Source: Macrostomum lignano (taxonomy: Eukaryota). From it: a DNA stretch of 64,000 nucleotides. Below, one piece after another: positions 26,175 through 37,771 of the stretch. The notes beneath the pieces were generated by a model. It was not told where the DNA came from. It made no database searches and saw only the letters and a program-made list of their open reading frames with translations. Location of the stretch: assembly GCA_002269645.1 (NCBI GenBank), contig NIVC01003339.1, forward strand, positions 39,402 through 103,401. The letters are read 5' to 3'. Position numbers and translations under genes: made by a program. Every line of letters begins with the position of its first letter. The first letter of the stretch is position 1.

Positions 26175-29100
26175 TTATGAATTTAATCCAAACTTTGCCA
26201 GCAAGTCTTGCAGCTCCTTTATACTTTGTTCCAATTTTTCGATTTTATGTTCAACATCCTCCTTTAGTTTTTTCTTTGTTTCTTCGTCCAGTTTGTCTTC
26301 ACTGATGTATTTCCATACGTCCACAGACATTCGCTTTAGCATGAAGCGTATTATCGCTTTTGGAATGCTAGTGGCGATTCTAGTTACAACAAACCCGATG
26401 TATCTGTGACATACCACGCTTAGGGTTTGCTGCAAGACTTCAGTGGAGTCACTGCTGGTTGCTCCAGTAACTAGCGGAACAATTTCTTTTATCAAAGGTT
26501 CAAGGAAGGGCCGAAACTCAGCTGGAAGCCTGGCGGTTGCTCCCTTTTCGATCAGTTTATTTATCAATTTTTTGCCATCTTCCTGAGCTCTGCAAAATAA
26601 TTTACCATTTTAAAATGGGTTATAAGTCCGGCGTTTGTAGTAGCATTCGCATAAATTGAAAAAGATAAAATCACAGTTTTAAACTCTGAGTTTCAATCTA
26701 AATTTAGCTCGTAAAAACTCAAAGAATGGACTGAATACCATTTTTTTTCTATAAATATATCTCTCTAAAACTGACGCGATGTTTGTCTGTTTGTCCGTTT
26801 GTCTGCGTGTTCGATCACTGAGAGATAAAAATATTAATAACTAAACATACCTTTTTGCTTCCTATTTGGTTTTTTCATCATTCAAATTGGTGCGTGGCCG
26901 TCAGCAGTCTAACGTGGCAGCGTAGTAGAGATTCTGCATAGACAAACCATAGAAAGCCATAGATAACAGAAATCAATTTGGTTTTACCTGCGAGCAATTT
27001 GGGCCATAGCTGGAAGGCATAGCTAAAGCAAAGAGAGAACCATATGCTAAAATCCGTCTGGTGGACAGAGAGAGGATAGTGAATGCATACATGACGTGAA
27101 ATAAACCTAATTGGTCGCGAAAAAAAAACAAATTGCTCGGTGACTTCAGTTCTTAGTCTATGGTGAACATGACTTCTGCTGGGCTATTTTCAACGCACCT
27201 AATTGGACGCAGTAAAACCAAATAGGAAGCAAAAAGGTATACTAATATGCATACGAGTTTTTTACTTATTGAAGTCGGCCATAGACAATTGCAGCGAACG
27301 GCTGCCGTGCGTTTCACCCATGGATGAAGGAATAGAATGGATCGCTTATCTGAAAACAAGTCTATGGCCAAGATTTCCTAAAAATTTTGATATCCCCCCA
27401 TGAATTTCATTGGATGCTGGAATTTAATAATAGTCCACCCTAACTTCTTAATGGCTGAAGCTTTTACTCGGGGAAACGCTAATTTCTTTCCCTTAGCCGT
27501 CGTGGCCCAGAGGAAGAAATCAGTTACGAGACTAATAGATGTCTAACGTTAATCGTGACTTTGGAATTTCCCTCGCGTACAAGCTTCAGCCAGTAAGAGC
27601 TTAGGGGGACTATTATTCCTTTTTACGCTCTATTTGATAAAAACTGCAACCAATTTGGCCACGGCTCAGCCTGACGCAGCCGCAGCAATTTTCCATAGAC
27701 AGCCACCGCTAGCGGCAACCAATTTGGTAAAAACTGCGAGCTATTTTGCCAGCTTGAAGATAGCAGCTGGGAGCCCCTTCGCTGAGCGGCCTTGAGTCCT
27801 CGCCGTCCAGATGTTCACCCCAAACTCGTCCATGAAGATGGTGTTCACCTGGCTTCCCTCGTCCAGCATCCATTCAACGTGCATCCTTCGCGCCTCCTTT
27901 GTAACAGGCATGTTCCAGTTCACAGGTACCTGGCGCAGTAACTTCAGGGTGATGAGGCGACCATCCAGAGCACGACTGATAGTGGTCAGACTCACGTTGG
28001 CAACGTCATTGTGTTGGTGCAGCAGGTGCTCTCTCATTTGTTGCAGCGTCGCAGTAGGTTGACCACTTGACCTTCGACGAATTGAACAATGGTGTCCACC
28101 ATAGCCTCCGTCAGCGCCATCCTCTTCACTCCTCCTTTTGGCAGAGTGCCAACTCTACCAGTTCGTTCATACGTGGTCACGATGTTCCTCACTGTCGGTT
28201 TCTTCATCCCCATCATTCTGCCAAGCTCTCCCCAGTCGTCGCCACTCCTGTACGCTCTCACGATTCGCTCTCGATCCAGCTGACTTATCTTTTGGTACGG
28301 CCCACGATTCGCCATCAGAGCAGCTGCTATCTTCAAGCTGGCAAAATAGCTCGCAGTTTTTACCAAATTGGTTGCCGCTAGCGGTGGCTGTCTATGGAAA
28401 ATTCTATGTCTATGGTCAGGCTGAGCCGTGGCCAAATTGGTTGCAGTTTTTATCAAAGGTACCTTTTTACGTTCTATTTGATAAAAACTGCAACCAATTT
28501 GGCCACGGCTCAGCCTGACCATAGACATAGAATTTTCCATAGACAGCCACCGCTAGCGGCAACCAATTTGGTAAAAACTGCGAGCTATTTTGCCAGCTTG
28601 AAGATAGCAGCTGCTCTGATGGCGAATCGTGGGCCGTACCAAAAGATAAGTCAGCTGGATCGAGAGCGAATCGTGAGAGCGTACAGGAGTGGCGACGACT
28701 GGGGAGAGCTTGGCAGAATGATGGGGATGAAGAAACCGACAGTGAGGAACATCGTGACCACGTATGAACGAACTGGTAGAGTTGGCACTCTGCCAAAAGG
28801 AGGAGTGAAGAGGATGGCGCTGACGGAGGCTATGGTGGACACCATTGTTCAATTCGTCGAAGGTCAACCTACTGCCTCTCACGCCTCTCAAGTGCCTGCG
28901 CTGGATCAACCATTCCCAGACGTACTTCAATCGGTGCTTGAATGCTGAGGACATAATGTTCTGACTTCGTGCATGTATTGTTAACATTCTTTATCGTTAT
29001 TGTTATGCTATTGAGCTGCTATCTTCAAGCTGGCAAAATAGCTCGCAGTTTTTACCAAATTGGTTGCCGCTAGCGGTGGCTGTCTATGGAAAATTGCTGC

Positions 29101-32100
29101 GGCTGCGTCAGGCTGAGCCGTGGCCAAATTGGTTGCAGTTTTTATCAAATAGAACGTAAAAAGGTATATATTAAATTCCATTAGCCACTGAAATTCATGG
29201 GGGGGGAGAGAATATCCCAATTTTTAGGAAGCCTTGGCCATAGACTCGCTTTTAGATGAGCGATCCTTTCTATTCCTTCATCCATGATTTCACCCCATTT
29301 CAACACGCTTATGCTAGCTGTAATATACAGCGTAGTGTAGCAGCGCAACCATATAGGCTTGCTTACATTGCGAGCGTACTTACATTTCAAAAGTTATTCT
29401 GGGCCCATTTTGTGAAGCGCTTGTACATGTTTTCGGATAGTTTAGCAGGTTGGTCAGATTTTCTAAATACCTATTCGTACTGCACGAGGAACTTACTGTT
29501 GATTTGCTTCCTCATCGACGTCCAAGCTGCTTTGATAGAAAGCTGCCTCCATGCTCATAATGACATCGATTTTGCTAGCTACATCCCGTCGGAGCACCGG
29601 AAGGTATTCGCAAATCATCGTATTGATAGACTTCTCAAGTGGCTCATGGCTTGCCATGCACCTTTTCACTTCAGTTTGAATTCGATCTTGAATAATACAT
29701 TCGATATCACTAATAAGTCGCTCAATAGTCGGTTTCAAAGCCTTTAATATGTGCTTTTTGACGACTCTTTTTAGGACAGGGAAATAGTGTGGCAGGCCTT
29801 TGAACTCTTCGCCAACTTGATCCTCGCACTCCTCATCGAGAATAGACTTCACTGAAAGTGTGACAAAGATTCAGGGCCGGAATTAGTATAAATAAAGCGA
29901 GCTAAGAATGCAACGGTTTTAACTTATAAAACTTCAGGTCTTACAATGATTTGGCTCTAGAACTTCCTCGGCAATCGTCTTTAAATCCTGCTCGAACTTG
30001 TTCCACTTCATCTTGCACTCACTGAAGAGTTCATTCTTCTTTTTGCGACAAGTGCCGGTAAGTTGTTCCTCAAGCTTCTTATTAAGTTTAATGAAGAGAT
30101 TCTTCAACTCTGAATTAGCACCATCATTCTCGTCTTTAAGCTTTTCCAACTCTTTGGCCTCGTCTCTCCACAAGTTCTGGAGTAAAAAAAGGACTGTGAT
30201 AATATAAATTAACATATTTTTTATTCAGCAAGAAAATAATTTACCAAAAGTTTTGAACGAAATTCCTCTTTCCTTGGCCTTAAAATTCGATACATGTTTT
30301 CCGCTAGGTGACTGATGAGCGCATCGAGGCCAAGTTTTGATTGCGGTTGGTTTTGCCAAAAAGATTGCCGCTTGAAGAAATCCGTTTCCTCGTCAGATGA
30401 GTACCTGCCCGTTTTTGAGTAGCAATGGACAGCAAACGCATCTCTATCTCTTAGCATATCCGGCACCTTCTGCTGTTTGTTCTCCGCAAGGTTATCGCAG
30501 TGAGTCAGCACGAACACGGTCCGTTTAAACTCCGGGTCAAGCCTCTTTGCAAAGTCATAACCCTTTGAAGTATCAATGTCGTTGACTGCCTTCAAAACGA
30601 CAACCATCAGTATGTTGGGTTTGTTAAGTTTTTCTCTCAGGGCAACCGTATTTTCGTCGTCATCTTTCATGTCACTGTGATTGAGTTAGATTACTAAAAA
30701 AGATGCGTAATTAAACTGATGAAATCTGTGCAGCAACAATTGTCAGAAAATTAAATAATTAGTGCCTCTTAAAGCCAGGGGCGTCTACCACAGTCAGATT
30801 AGGACGATCTGGCCCGCTTACTCTTATATTGAGGACTGAGTTCATAGAAATATTCTGTCCTGGGAACTTTTCGTTCATGATGTCTTTCAACTTCGATGAA
30901 AAGTCCTCTTGAGATTCCACGTTGATTGATTTTCCGTCGAAGCTGAAAAATATTTGATGGATGCACATATAAGCTCGACCAAATCGTTGTTTACACTGAA
31001 GATGCTTATAAAAAACTTTTTTTACAATAAGTCAGTAACAGTAACTGTGCTGCAGCGTTTTCCATCCCGATTTAACAAACTGTTAGAGCTTTTCTTACGA
31101 GCGCCCTGCCTCAACCAATGAACGAAATTTAATCTACAAAGAATTGATTTCATGATAAAATCCTTTGGGAAAGCCAATATAAAAACCAAGGACGATTTAA
31201 CTACAAGCAAGACAGAGGCTTCACTTCTCGAACGATTCCCGCTCTCCGTTTTTATCGCAATCTAGATAGCATCTGTTTGCCAACTTCTGTAATTTTCTCC
31301 GCGCCAGTCTTTTAACCATTTGAATTAGAAAGCTGTCTATGAAACTTCTAGCTATCCAACACAAAAGAGTTGAAATTATATTGAAAAGTGAATAAAAATA
31401 GTTCCTGTGACCGGTGAAGGAAGTCCTGCTGCTTACGATGCATGGCCCTTGGTACCGGGGCTACTGAAAAAACTGATCTGATACCCCCGTTTATGAAGTG
31501 TACTTTGTTCCCTGGCGGTTTCATGCCTTGTTGTTGTCGTAAAGTTTAAGTAAATACGTTATTGACTTCCAATTTTGTAAATTTTATCACGTAATATCAC
31601 GCAACTGCAGCAAAATTGTTGTGAACCAAAATCACTCACGTCTCAATCGTGGCATGTTCTGTATCCTTGCATCGAATACTTAGCCTGATGAGACATTTCG
31701 TACAGGTGCCTTCCCCTTTAGGAAGCTTCACTTTTGCGATCGCCTCGAGTACGGTCGACTTTCCCTCGGACTGGTCGCCGAGCACTACAATCTCGGGTAG
31801 GTCGATCTCGCTGCCCAGCTTCAGCTTGTCGATGGCATCGAGCAGCAGGACGTACTGTTCGCCCACGTCATTCAAACTAAGTTTCTGTCTCCCGGAGCCC
31901 CGAGGGATGCGGGTATTTTGGCTAGTTGTCCTCATTTGACTTGAAGTTTGAACCAGTTGCTTTGGAGATGGACTGGGCGGCACTGAGAGTTCTGTTGTGT
32001 CAAAAAAGTATGCAATATTTTTAATATTTTGCAAGTGCAAAGTTTGAATTGCAACTATTAACTACTTATATTTAAATCTTATCTGAAACATTTCTTTTAC

Positions 32101-32565
32101 ATATAATTTTCCATTATGTGTACAATAATTTTCTGTATTTGTACAACAGACTGGCACACAAATCCATCGATAGAGTGATAAGTAAAACTTGAAATGTATG
32201 GAAGAAGCAATCATTACAGTTTGATATTGCAGTCAAACAAAAAAACTAGTGATATTAACTAGAATGAGTAGGCTTTTACGACAATACTTTTGCGTACATC
32301 GCGTAGCTATGGACACGGATAGCTGTTTATACCGTTTTGTGTACTTTTCGAACTGCAAGCCTATAATTTAATTTAAACTTTAATTTTTACCAAGCATTTT
32401 TTAGATTTTCTTACCATAGCTGGCATCGGGTTGGTATCCATGTAAGCCGGTGGATGAATTTCGCGAAGGAAAATCTGCTGGATCGCTGTTGCCTGAGCGT
32501 GGTAAAGTTTTAAGCAATTCTTCCATTTTTTCTTCCATTTTTTCTTTGTTAGAATCGCCTGCCAT
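26175..32565 (-). CDS. Mx-like dynamin-family GTPase A, about 703 aa; exons 32565-32415, 31991-31640, 30942-30766, 30674-30245, 30176-29945, 29851-29497, 26589-26175
   Basis: LPEIVVLGDQSEGKSTVLE (G1), GTCTK (G2), LTVVDAPG (G3), RTVFVLTHCD (G4), GED YIGFVVTRIATSIPKAIIRFML; no PH domain. Exon sum 2112 nt with consistent phases, but this needs a GC donor after 30766. Confidence 0.85.
27426..27617. mobile_element. About 190-bp MITE with TIRs of about 37 bp
   Basis: aataatagtccaccctaacttcttaatggctgaagctt pairs with aagcttcagccagtaagagcttagggggactattatt. Confidence 0.75.
27618..28459 (-). mobile_element. Tc1/IS630-type DNA transposon, deletion derivative A
   Basis: TIRs of about 150 bp; ORF from ATG 28315, MANRGPYQKIS (HTH) ..IFMDEFGVNIWTARTQGRS, then an abrupt join to the 3' TIR; an 8-bp duplication at about 28065 causes a frameshift. 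Confidence 0.85.
28462..29164 (+). mobile_element. Tc1/IS630-type DNA transposon, deletion derivative B, head-to-head with A
   Basis: TA at 28460-61 and 29165-66; ATG 28619 with the same N-terminus as A, joined to the transposase C-terminal end (TPLKCLRWINHSQTYFNRCLNAEDI*), then the 3' TIR. Confidence 0.85.
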
Positions 32566-32595
32566 TTTTCTTCATTCGTTGCAATAGGCACAACT

Positions 32596-32645
32596 AGCTC
32601 AGTAGCTCAGTAGCTCAGTAGCTCAGCAGCTCAGTAGCTCAGTAG
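32596..32645. repeat. 8-bp tandem repeat (agctcagt), about 6 copies, just upstream of the GTPase A start
   Basis: Direct. Confidence 0.85.
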
Positions 32646-34164
32646 ATCATTAGTAAAGAGTAGTATATAAGTTGTTTCTTAATTGCTATTACAAGCGCAG
32701 ATGCAGCAGCAGCCTGGCTATATACAACATTAAATAGTTTTAGTAACCTAGCAACAGCTTATTTAACGTTTTGTTTTGAGTTTGTTTAGTCTTTTCTTTC
32801 TCTACATGTACAAGCTACTTCGTACTCTGGCCTTTAAAAACCACTTCTTTTACTGCTCGCATATGCACACCGTTGTACGCCGTTTTAGTGTTCATCATTT
32901 TTATTTCAAGTACACTTGTACAGCCATGTTTAAAGAACTTCACCTTATATTTGCTTCGAGAGAAGCTGAAGTTCGCTCTGGCCGCTCACTGGGGTTATAT
33001 TTAGCTTATTATGACTAAAATTACTAAGTTTGATTAGTTGGTAAAGCACAATTATTTTGTGTAGCTACGCTTATTAATTCAATTGTCTGGAGAGGGGAAC
33101 TCTTCAATCTTCTTTTCGGACAGCAGTCCTTTTCGCTGCTTGGAATGCTCCAGAAAAAAGTCTTGTTTGTCTAGCTTTGGGATAATTATTTGTGACGAAT
33201 AAGGCGAATAAGACGGATTTGTGTAGCGGTTAATTTAGATAGTTCACGATTAATTAGCAGATCGGCAAGCCGCTTCAACCCTTAGACTTTTGCTAGTGCT
33301 ACTTAAAATTGCTGGATCAGTTAATTAACTAATTGGTATGCCAAGGTAGACGGCGGAAGAGTTGGTGTAAGGAGGCCAGACAGCGTCACAGCTAAGGGTT
33401 AGCGAGCCTAGGTCGAAAAGCGAAGCAAGGGGAAGGGCGAGAGCGGCTGCTGACTGCAGTGTAAGCATATATTTAAAGGTAAACAGATAACAACAACACC
33501 CTTAATCCAAAACCCAGACAAACAACCCCCCACGCGGCGCGCAATGTACATGTACAAATTAATCGATAAATATATCAAGCAAGAATAACATATGTCAGTA
33601 CAAGTACATAGGTAGAACTACTTTACGAGAAATAATAACGATATGAATATAATACAAATAATAGAATAAATACATACGAGGCTACAAAACAAAAGCAATT
33701 AACAGTAAAAATAGCGCGATAATAATACGTACGAATATTGTTAAAATAAATGAAAGAATACAGTATGCATATGAAAATAAAGAAATACGATACACGCTTC
33801 TACGAATCACACTGTCACATATTATATAAGCCTGATTCAGAATTGAGAGTTCCACTGCTGCTGATGAAGACAAGTTTTCTAGGTTCGAAATTAATTGCGA
33901 TCAATCTAGATCGCATTTGCTTGAGATTTGTACTCAAGACTGTTCTTTTCAATGATAGAATTCATTTCCCCTAAAGGTTATTTTTTGTTGTCATTTTGTT
34001 CTCTCATCGACTGCAGAAATCAAGCAACTTAATTACAGACAGAGCTCGATGGAATTACGGTAATGATGACAGATGTAATGTACACTGTACACGCATTTTA
34101 AGTATTTCGAATGAATTTCGGACTCCCCAACTCCTTTTAGCTTACTTTTTGTTCACTTAGCTAC

Positions 34165-34810
34165 ATGTAGAACCCCCCCCCCCCCTGCTAAAAGACACGT
34201 CCCAGTCCTCACATGGTAAATGCGATCCAGTGTCCCTTTAATCGACTAGGACTTTGACATGGACAGGAAAAAGACACTGGTTAGCTGGTCAGTTCAGTGC
34301 AACTTCTACATAGTCGGAAACCCGATTTCTGTTCTCTATCAGCTAAAAAAACCCAGTTGCTCGCTGCATCTTTGCTACCTTTGGGGCTGACAGGAGTGGG
34401 AGGTCAGAGCTTAAGTTATCGATTTCTATAGACTGAGGACCTATAGTCAAAGGCTAAGAGATCGGCTTCATCAATTATATGATTTTGATGTAAATAATGA
34501 GTCTGAATTCTACTAAAAGTACTTGTCGTAGGTTCGTTGAACTTAATAATACGAATACACAGGGCCGGATTACGAGTTCCAATACATGTAGTTACTTTGG
34601 TTCGTACTTATATAAAAAAGAATTAAAGGCTGAAAGATCTAGAATGAAACTGAAGTACATTTACGTGCGCTGCATTTCTGCGACTACTCATTCAGTTAAA
34701 CTGCAAGCAAGCCACATTACGCTCGTATGCAGCTTTTTGTAACTTTTATTTGCTTGTAAAATACTTGGTCAATGCTCAATTCTCCGCTAGACTCGCAACT
34801 CATGTGAAAA
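34165..34810 (+). promoter_or_regulatory. Upstream region of kinase 2, homologous to 23530-24740; contains TATATAAAAAAG at about 34608
   Basis: Block-wise similarity to the reverse complement of the kinase 1 upstream region. Function is inferred. Confidence 0.5.
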
Positions 34811-35435
34811 TCATTTTGAAAACCAAGCTGTAAAAGTTTTTAGAGCGAACTTCTTTTGTATACGCTTGGAGGAGCGCACACGAGGCAGACCTCGATAAGA
34901 ATCCCACAGAGGCCACAAAATGCATTCATGAACAGCTGTGGTTAAATTTTCGATTCAGACAAAAAGCACGGCTTTTGCTCCCTGCACCATACAGCTAGAG
35001 TTTGAAGAAGTCTTCAGAAGAAGTCAGCCAGCGATTAAATTTCTTGCTCCACTACACGCTGCCTTGAATCTGTGTGTTTCCACTCAAAGAACACTTAATC
35101 GTAAGTTAACACTTAACACTTAACCGCTAATATATCCGGCCTGTAAAAACCACTTAAGTGTATTCGTCATAAGATGTCAACTTACAGATAATAGTTTAAG
35201 AAGGGAAATTGCTTGTTGGGGGCGGCGATTTAGTTCTCGGTTCTCACTAGGTTGTACACTACGAGTATGTATGCATATACATGTACTCAGAGTTGGCCGG
35301 ATTAAAGCTGCCACTTATTGATCCCTGGTTTCGTGAAAACTTAAAAAATATTGCTTAGTGGCAACAAGTTGATATCCTGTGAATCTCTTTACTCTAACTC
35401 AGAACCGCATTTTGCACTTATGTGAATTTCAGGGA

Positions 35436-36984
35436 ATGCCGCAAACGGAGTCCTCTCAACCCGGGTAAGTGCGAACAACAGTCTTGATAGAAAATTTTCA
35501 CTATTATATGCCGTAATTAGTTCAAACTTATATAATTTTAGAGTTGAAGCCAAAGATGATATTAAAAACTACGTAAATTTTTATTCCAAACCAATTTACC
35601 ATGACGAAAATTACGGCGGTGTATACAGGGGAACCATGAAGACGAACTGGACCGAAATAGGACAGATTCAACCGACACTTAATATTGGTCACAAAGTTGT
35701 GGTCAAGAGCTGCTACTCGTACAACCGAGAAGATTTGAAAAAATTTCAACAAGCATATGAAAGGCTTAAGCTATGTTCGCATCCTCACGTAGTCACCGTT
35801 TTCTTTTCTGGCATCTACAATACTCCTGTTGATGTGGATGGTACACATATTTTAATGATGAACGCTTTCGTCATGGAATCCGGTGAGCGAAGTTTAGCTG
35901 CTCTTCTGGACAACGAAAAGGATTTTCCTACTGATGAAGAGGGATTAAAAGAGGGGCATCTCACGATGGCTCACTGCATGAGTTGGCTAAAGCAGATTGC
36001 CGATGCTCTGTCCTACTTGCACAGTGAGGAAATTATCCATCGTGATTTGAAGCCAAGAAATATTTTATTATTTCACGCATCGACCATCTGCAAGCTCTGT
36101 GACTTTGACGACAGCAGCAAGATCTTGTCGAAAATGACATCCGAAAAGGGAACTGGAAATTTCATGGCTCCTGAAGTTGCAAAGCGTCCGAGTAAGAATG
36201 AGACGAAGCGAGCGTACACGGAAAATTGTGACTCTACTCATTTGGTGTGACTGTTCTAGCAGTCATTTTTCGATCGGGAGATGCTGAGAACATTCCAGAG
36301 GCAGTCTCTGGGACGTCAGTCTCTGAGAAGTCTCCAGGACCCTCAACATGCGTCGCACGTTTCGTCACGGAGACTGAATCGTCCGAAGTTGATTTGCAGT
36401 CATGCAAATTCGACTACGAACAGCATAAAAGTGAATTTGAATCTTTAAGAAAGATTTTAAGCCACGTACTTCAGGCCGATTATAAAGAACGACGACTGAG
36501 TGCTCCAAAGATCTACTCAATTCTTCGACAGCATGCGAAAGGCATGGCGCCAATTTTAATTTCAAAGGGCACCGAAAATGCGGGTTCGCAGGAAACGGAT
36601 AAATCCGTTTTAAGAAAAAGCCACACTGTCTGCTACATCGCTTCACTTCCGAGCAAAAATTCAGAATTTACTGAAGACCAATTGAAGCAAGTTCAGAATG
36701 TTCTCTCTGCCGTGGGAGATCGGGTTAACAGCAAAGTTGACAAAACTGCTAGCAAAGACACAAGACATGAATATAAATGTACTTTAGTACCAACTCTACC
36801 CACCGAGCTCATCATTGAGCACAACATGGGCAGCACCAACGAATCTGCTAGTAGTGTAGCGGAATACTGCAAAACAGATCATCAACATCTTGAGTGGCTG
36901 GCAGAACAGTTCAAAGAGGATAACGACGAAACGCTGAGAAGCATTAAGTTTTCAGTTTTCAATCCGAAAAATACTGAGCAGTAA
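35436..36984 (+). CDS. TAK1/TKL-like protein kinase 2; exons 35436-35464 and 35542-36984; one frameshift at about 36233
   Basis: Degenerate Gly loop YHDENYGGVYRG, VVVK, LTMAHCMSWLKQIADALSYLH, HRDLKPRN, KLCDFD, GTGNFMAPE. Adding 1 nt after GAC gives CDxYSFGVTVL. Phase-2 intron; same 10-codon first-exon design and C-terminal domain as kinase 1. Confidence 0.82.
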
Positions 36985-37409
36985 ATTTTTTCAAGAGAAA
37001 TCGAAATTGTGATATTTTACTGATTTTTTGTTAATAAAACGTTTGTTTCCTTCGTTTGTGATTTCTGTATAAGCTTTTTCTCTGGTGGAAACATTCGTAT
37101 CATTTGAAACTTTTTCATCTTATACTGTGCTGTTATCACGAATGGGTAGTGGCAATTCGTAGCGGTACTCCCAGCCCGATTTCGGAATAATCAAACCGAT
37201 TTTGACAAAGTTGGTTTCATTCTAAAAACTGAATAGACTACTCAAAAATGACCCGAATGTCATGAAAGACGGAGCACAAGTTTAAGTTTTTCAGAAAGTT
37301 CAAGGAACTGATTTTAGTGTGTTTTAAAAATAAAATAAAAAAATTCAACCTCGTGATGCAGCAAAGTTTTATTCCTGGCAGGATTTTATTGATTTGCGCT
37401 TGATATTCT

Positions 37410-37645
37410 GCACTTGTTATTCTGCATTTGTTATTCTGCCTTGTTATTCTGCACTTGTTAGAAGAATAACAAGTTATTCTGCCTTGCTAGTCTGCACTTG
37501 TTATTCTGCACTTGTTTTTCTGCCTTGTTATTCTGCACTTGTTATTCTGCACTTGTTTTTCTGCCTTGTTATTCTGCCTTGTTATCCTGCACTTGTTATT
37601 CTGCACTTGTTATTCTGCCTTGTTATTCTGCAGTTGTTATTCTAA
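37410..37645. repeat. 13-14-bp tandem repeat (gttattctgcactt / gttattctgcctt)
   Basis: Direct. Confidence 0.9.
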
Positions 37646-37771
37646 AATAGCGCTGCATAGACCATCTCCTACTGCAACGATTATAGCTAGCTATAACCTA
37701 AAAAATAAAAAAACCAATAGACAAGTGTCCGGCATCCATTTATTTTCCATTATCCATTCCATTATCCATTT

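Larger units (their letters stand above)
27319..29286. mobile_element. Fold-back element (arms 27319-27425 and 29167-29286) hosting nested insertions in the last intron of GTPase A
   Basis: The arms are imperfect reverse complements (catggatgaaggaataga..gtctatggccaag..cctaaaaatt..catgaatttca). Confidence 0.65.

Noticed and set aside
23800-34655. ISRE/IRF-like GAAA repeats upstream of the kinases
   Set aside because: Spacing is non-canonical in K1, the K2 match is not conserved in K1, and such motifs are frequent in AT-rich DNA.
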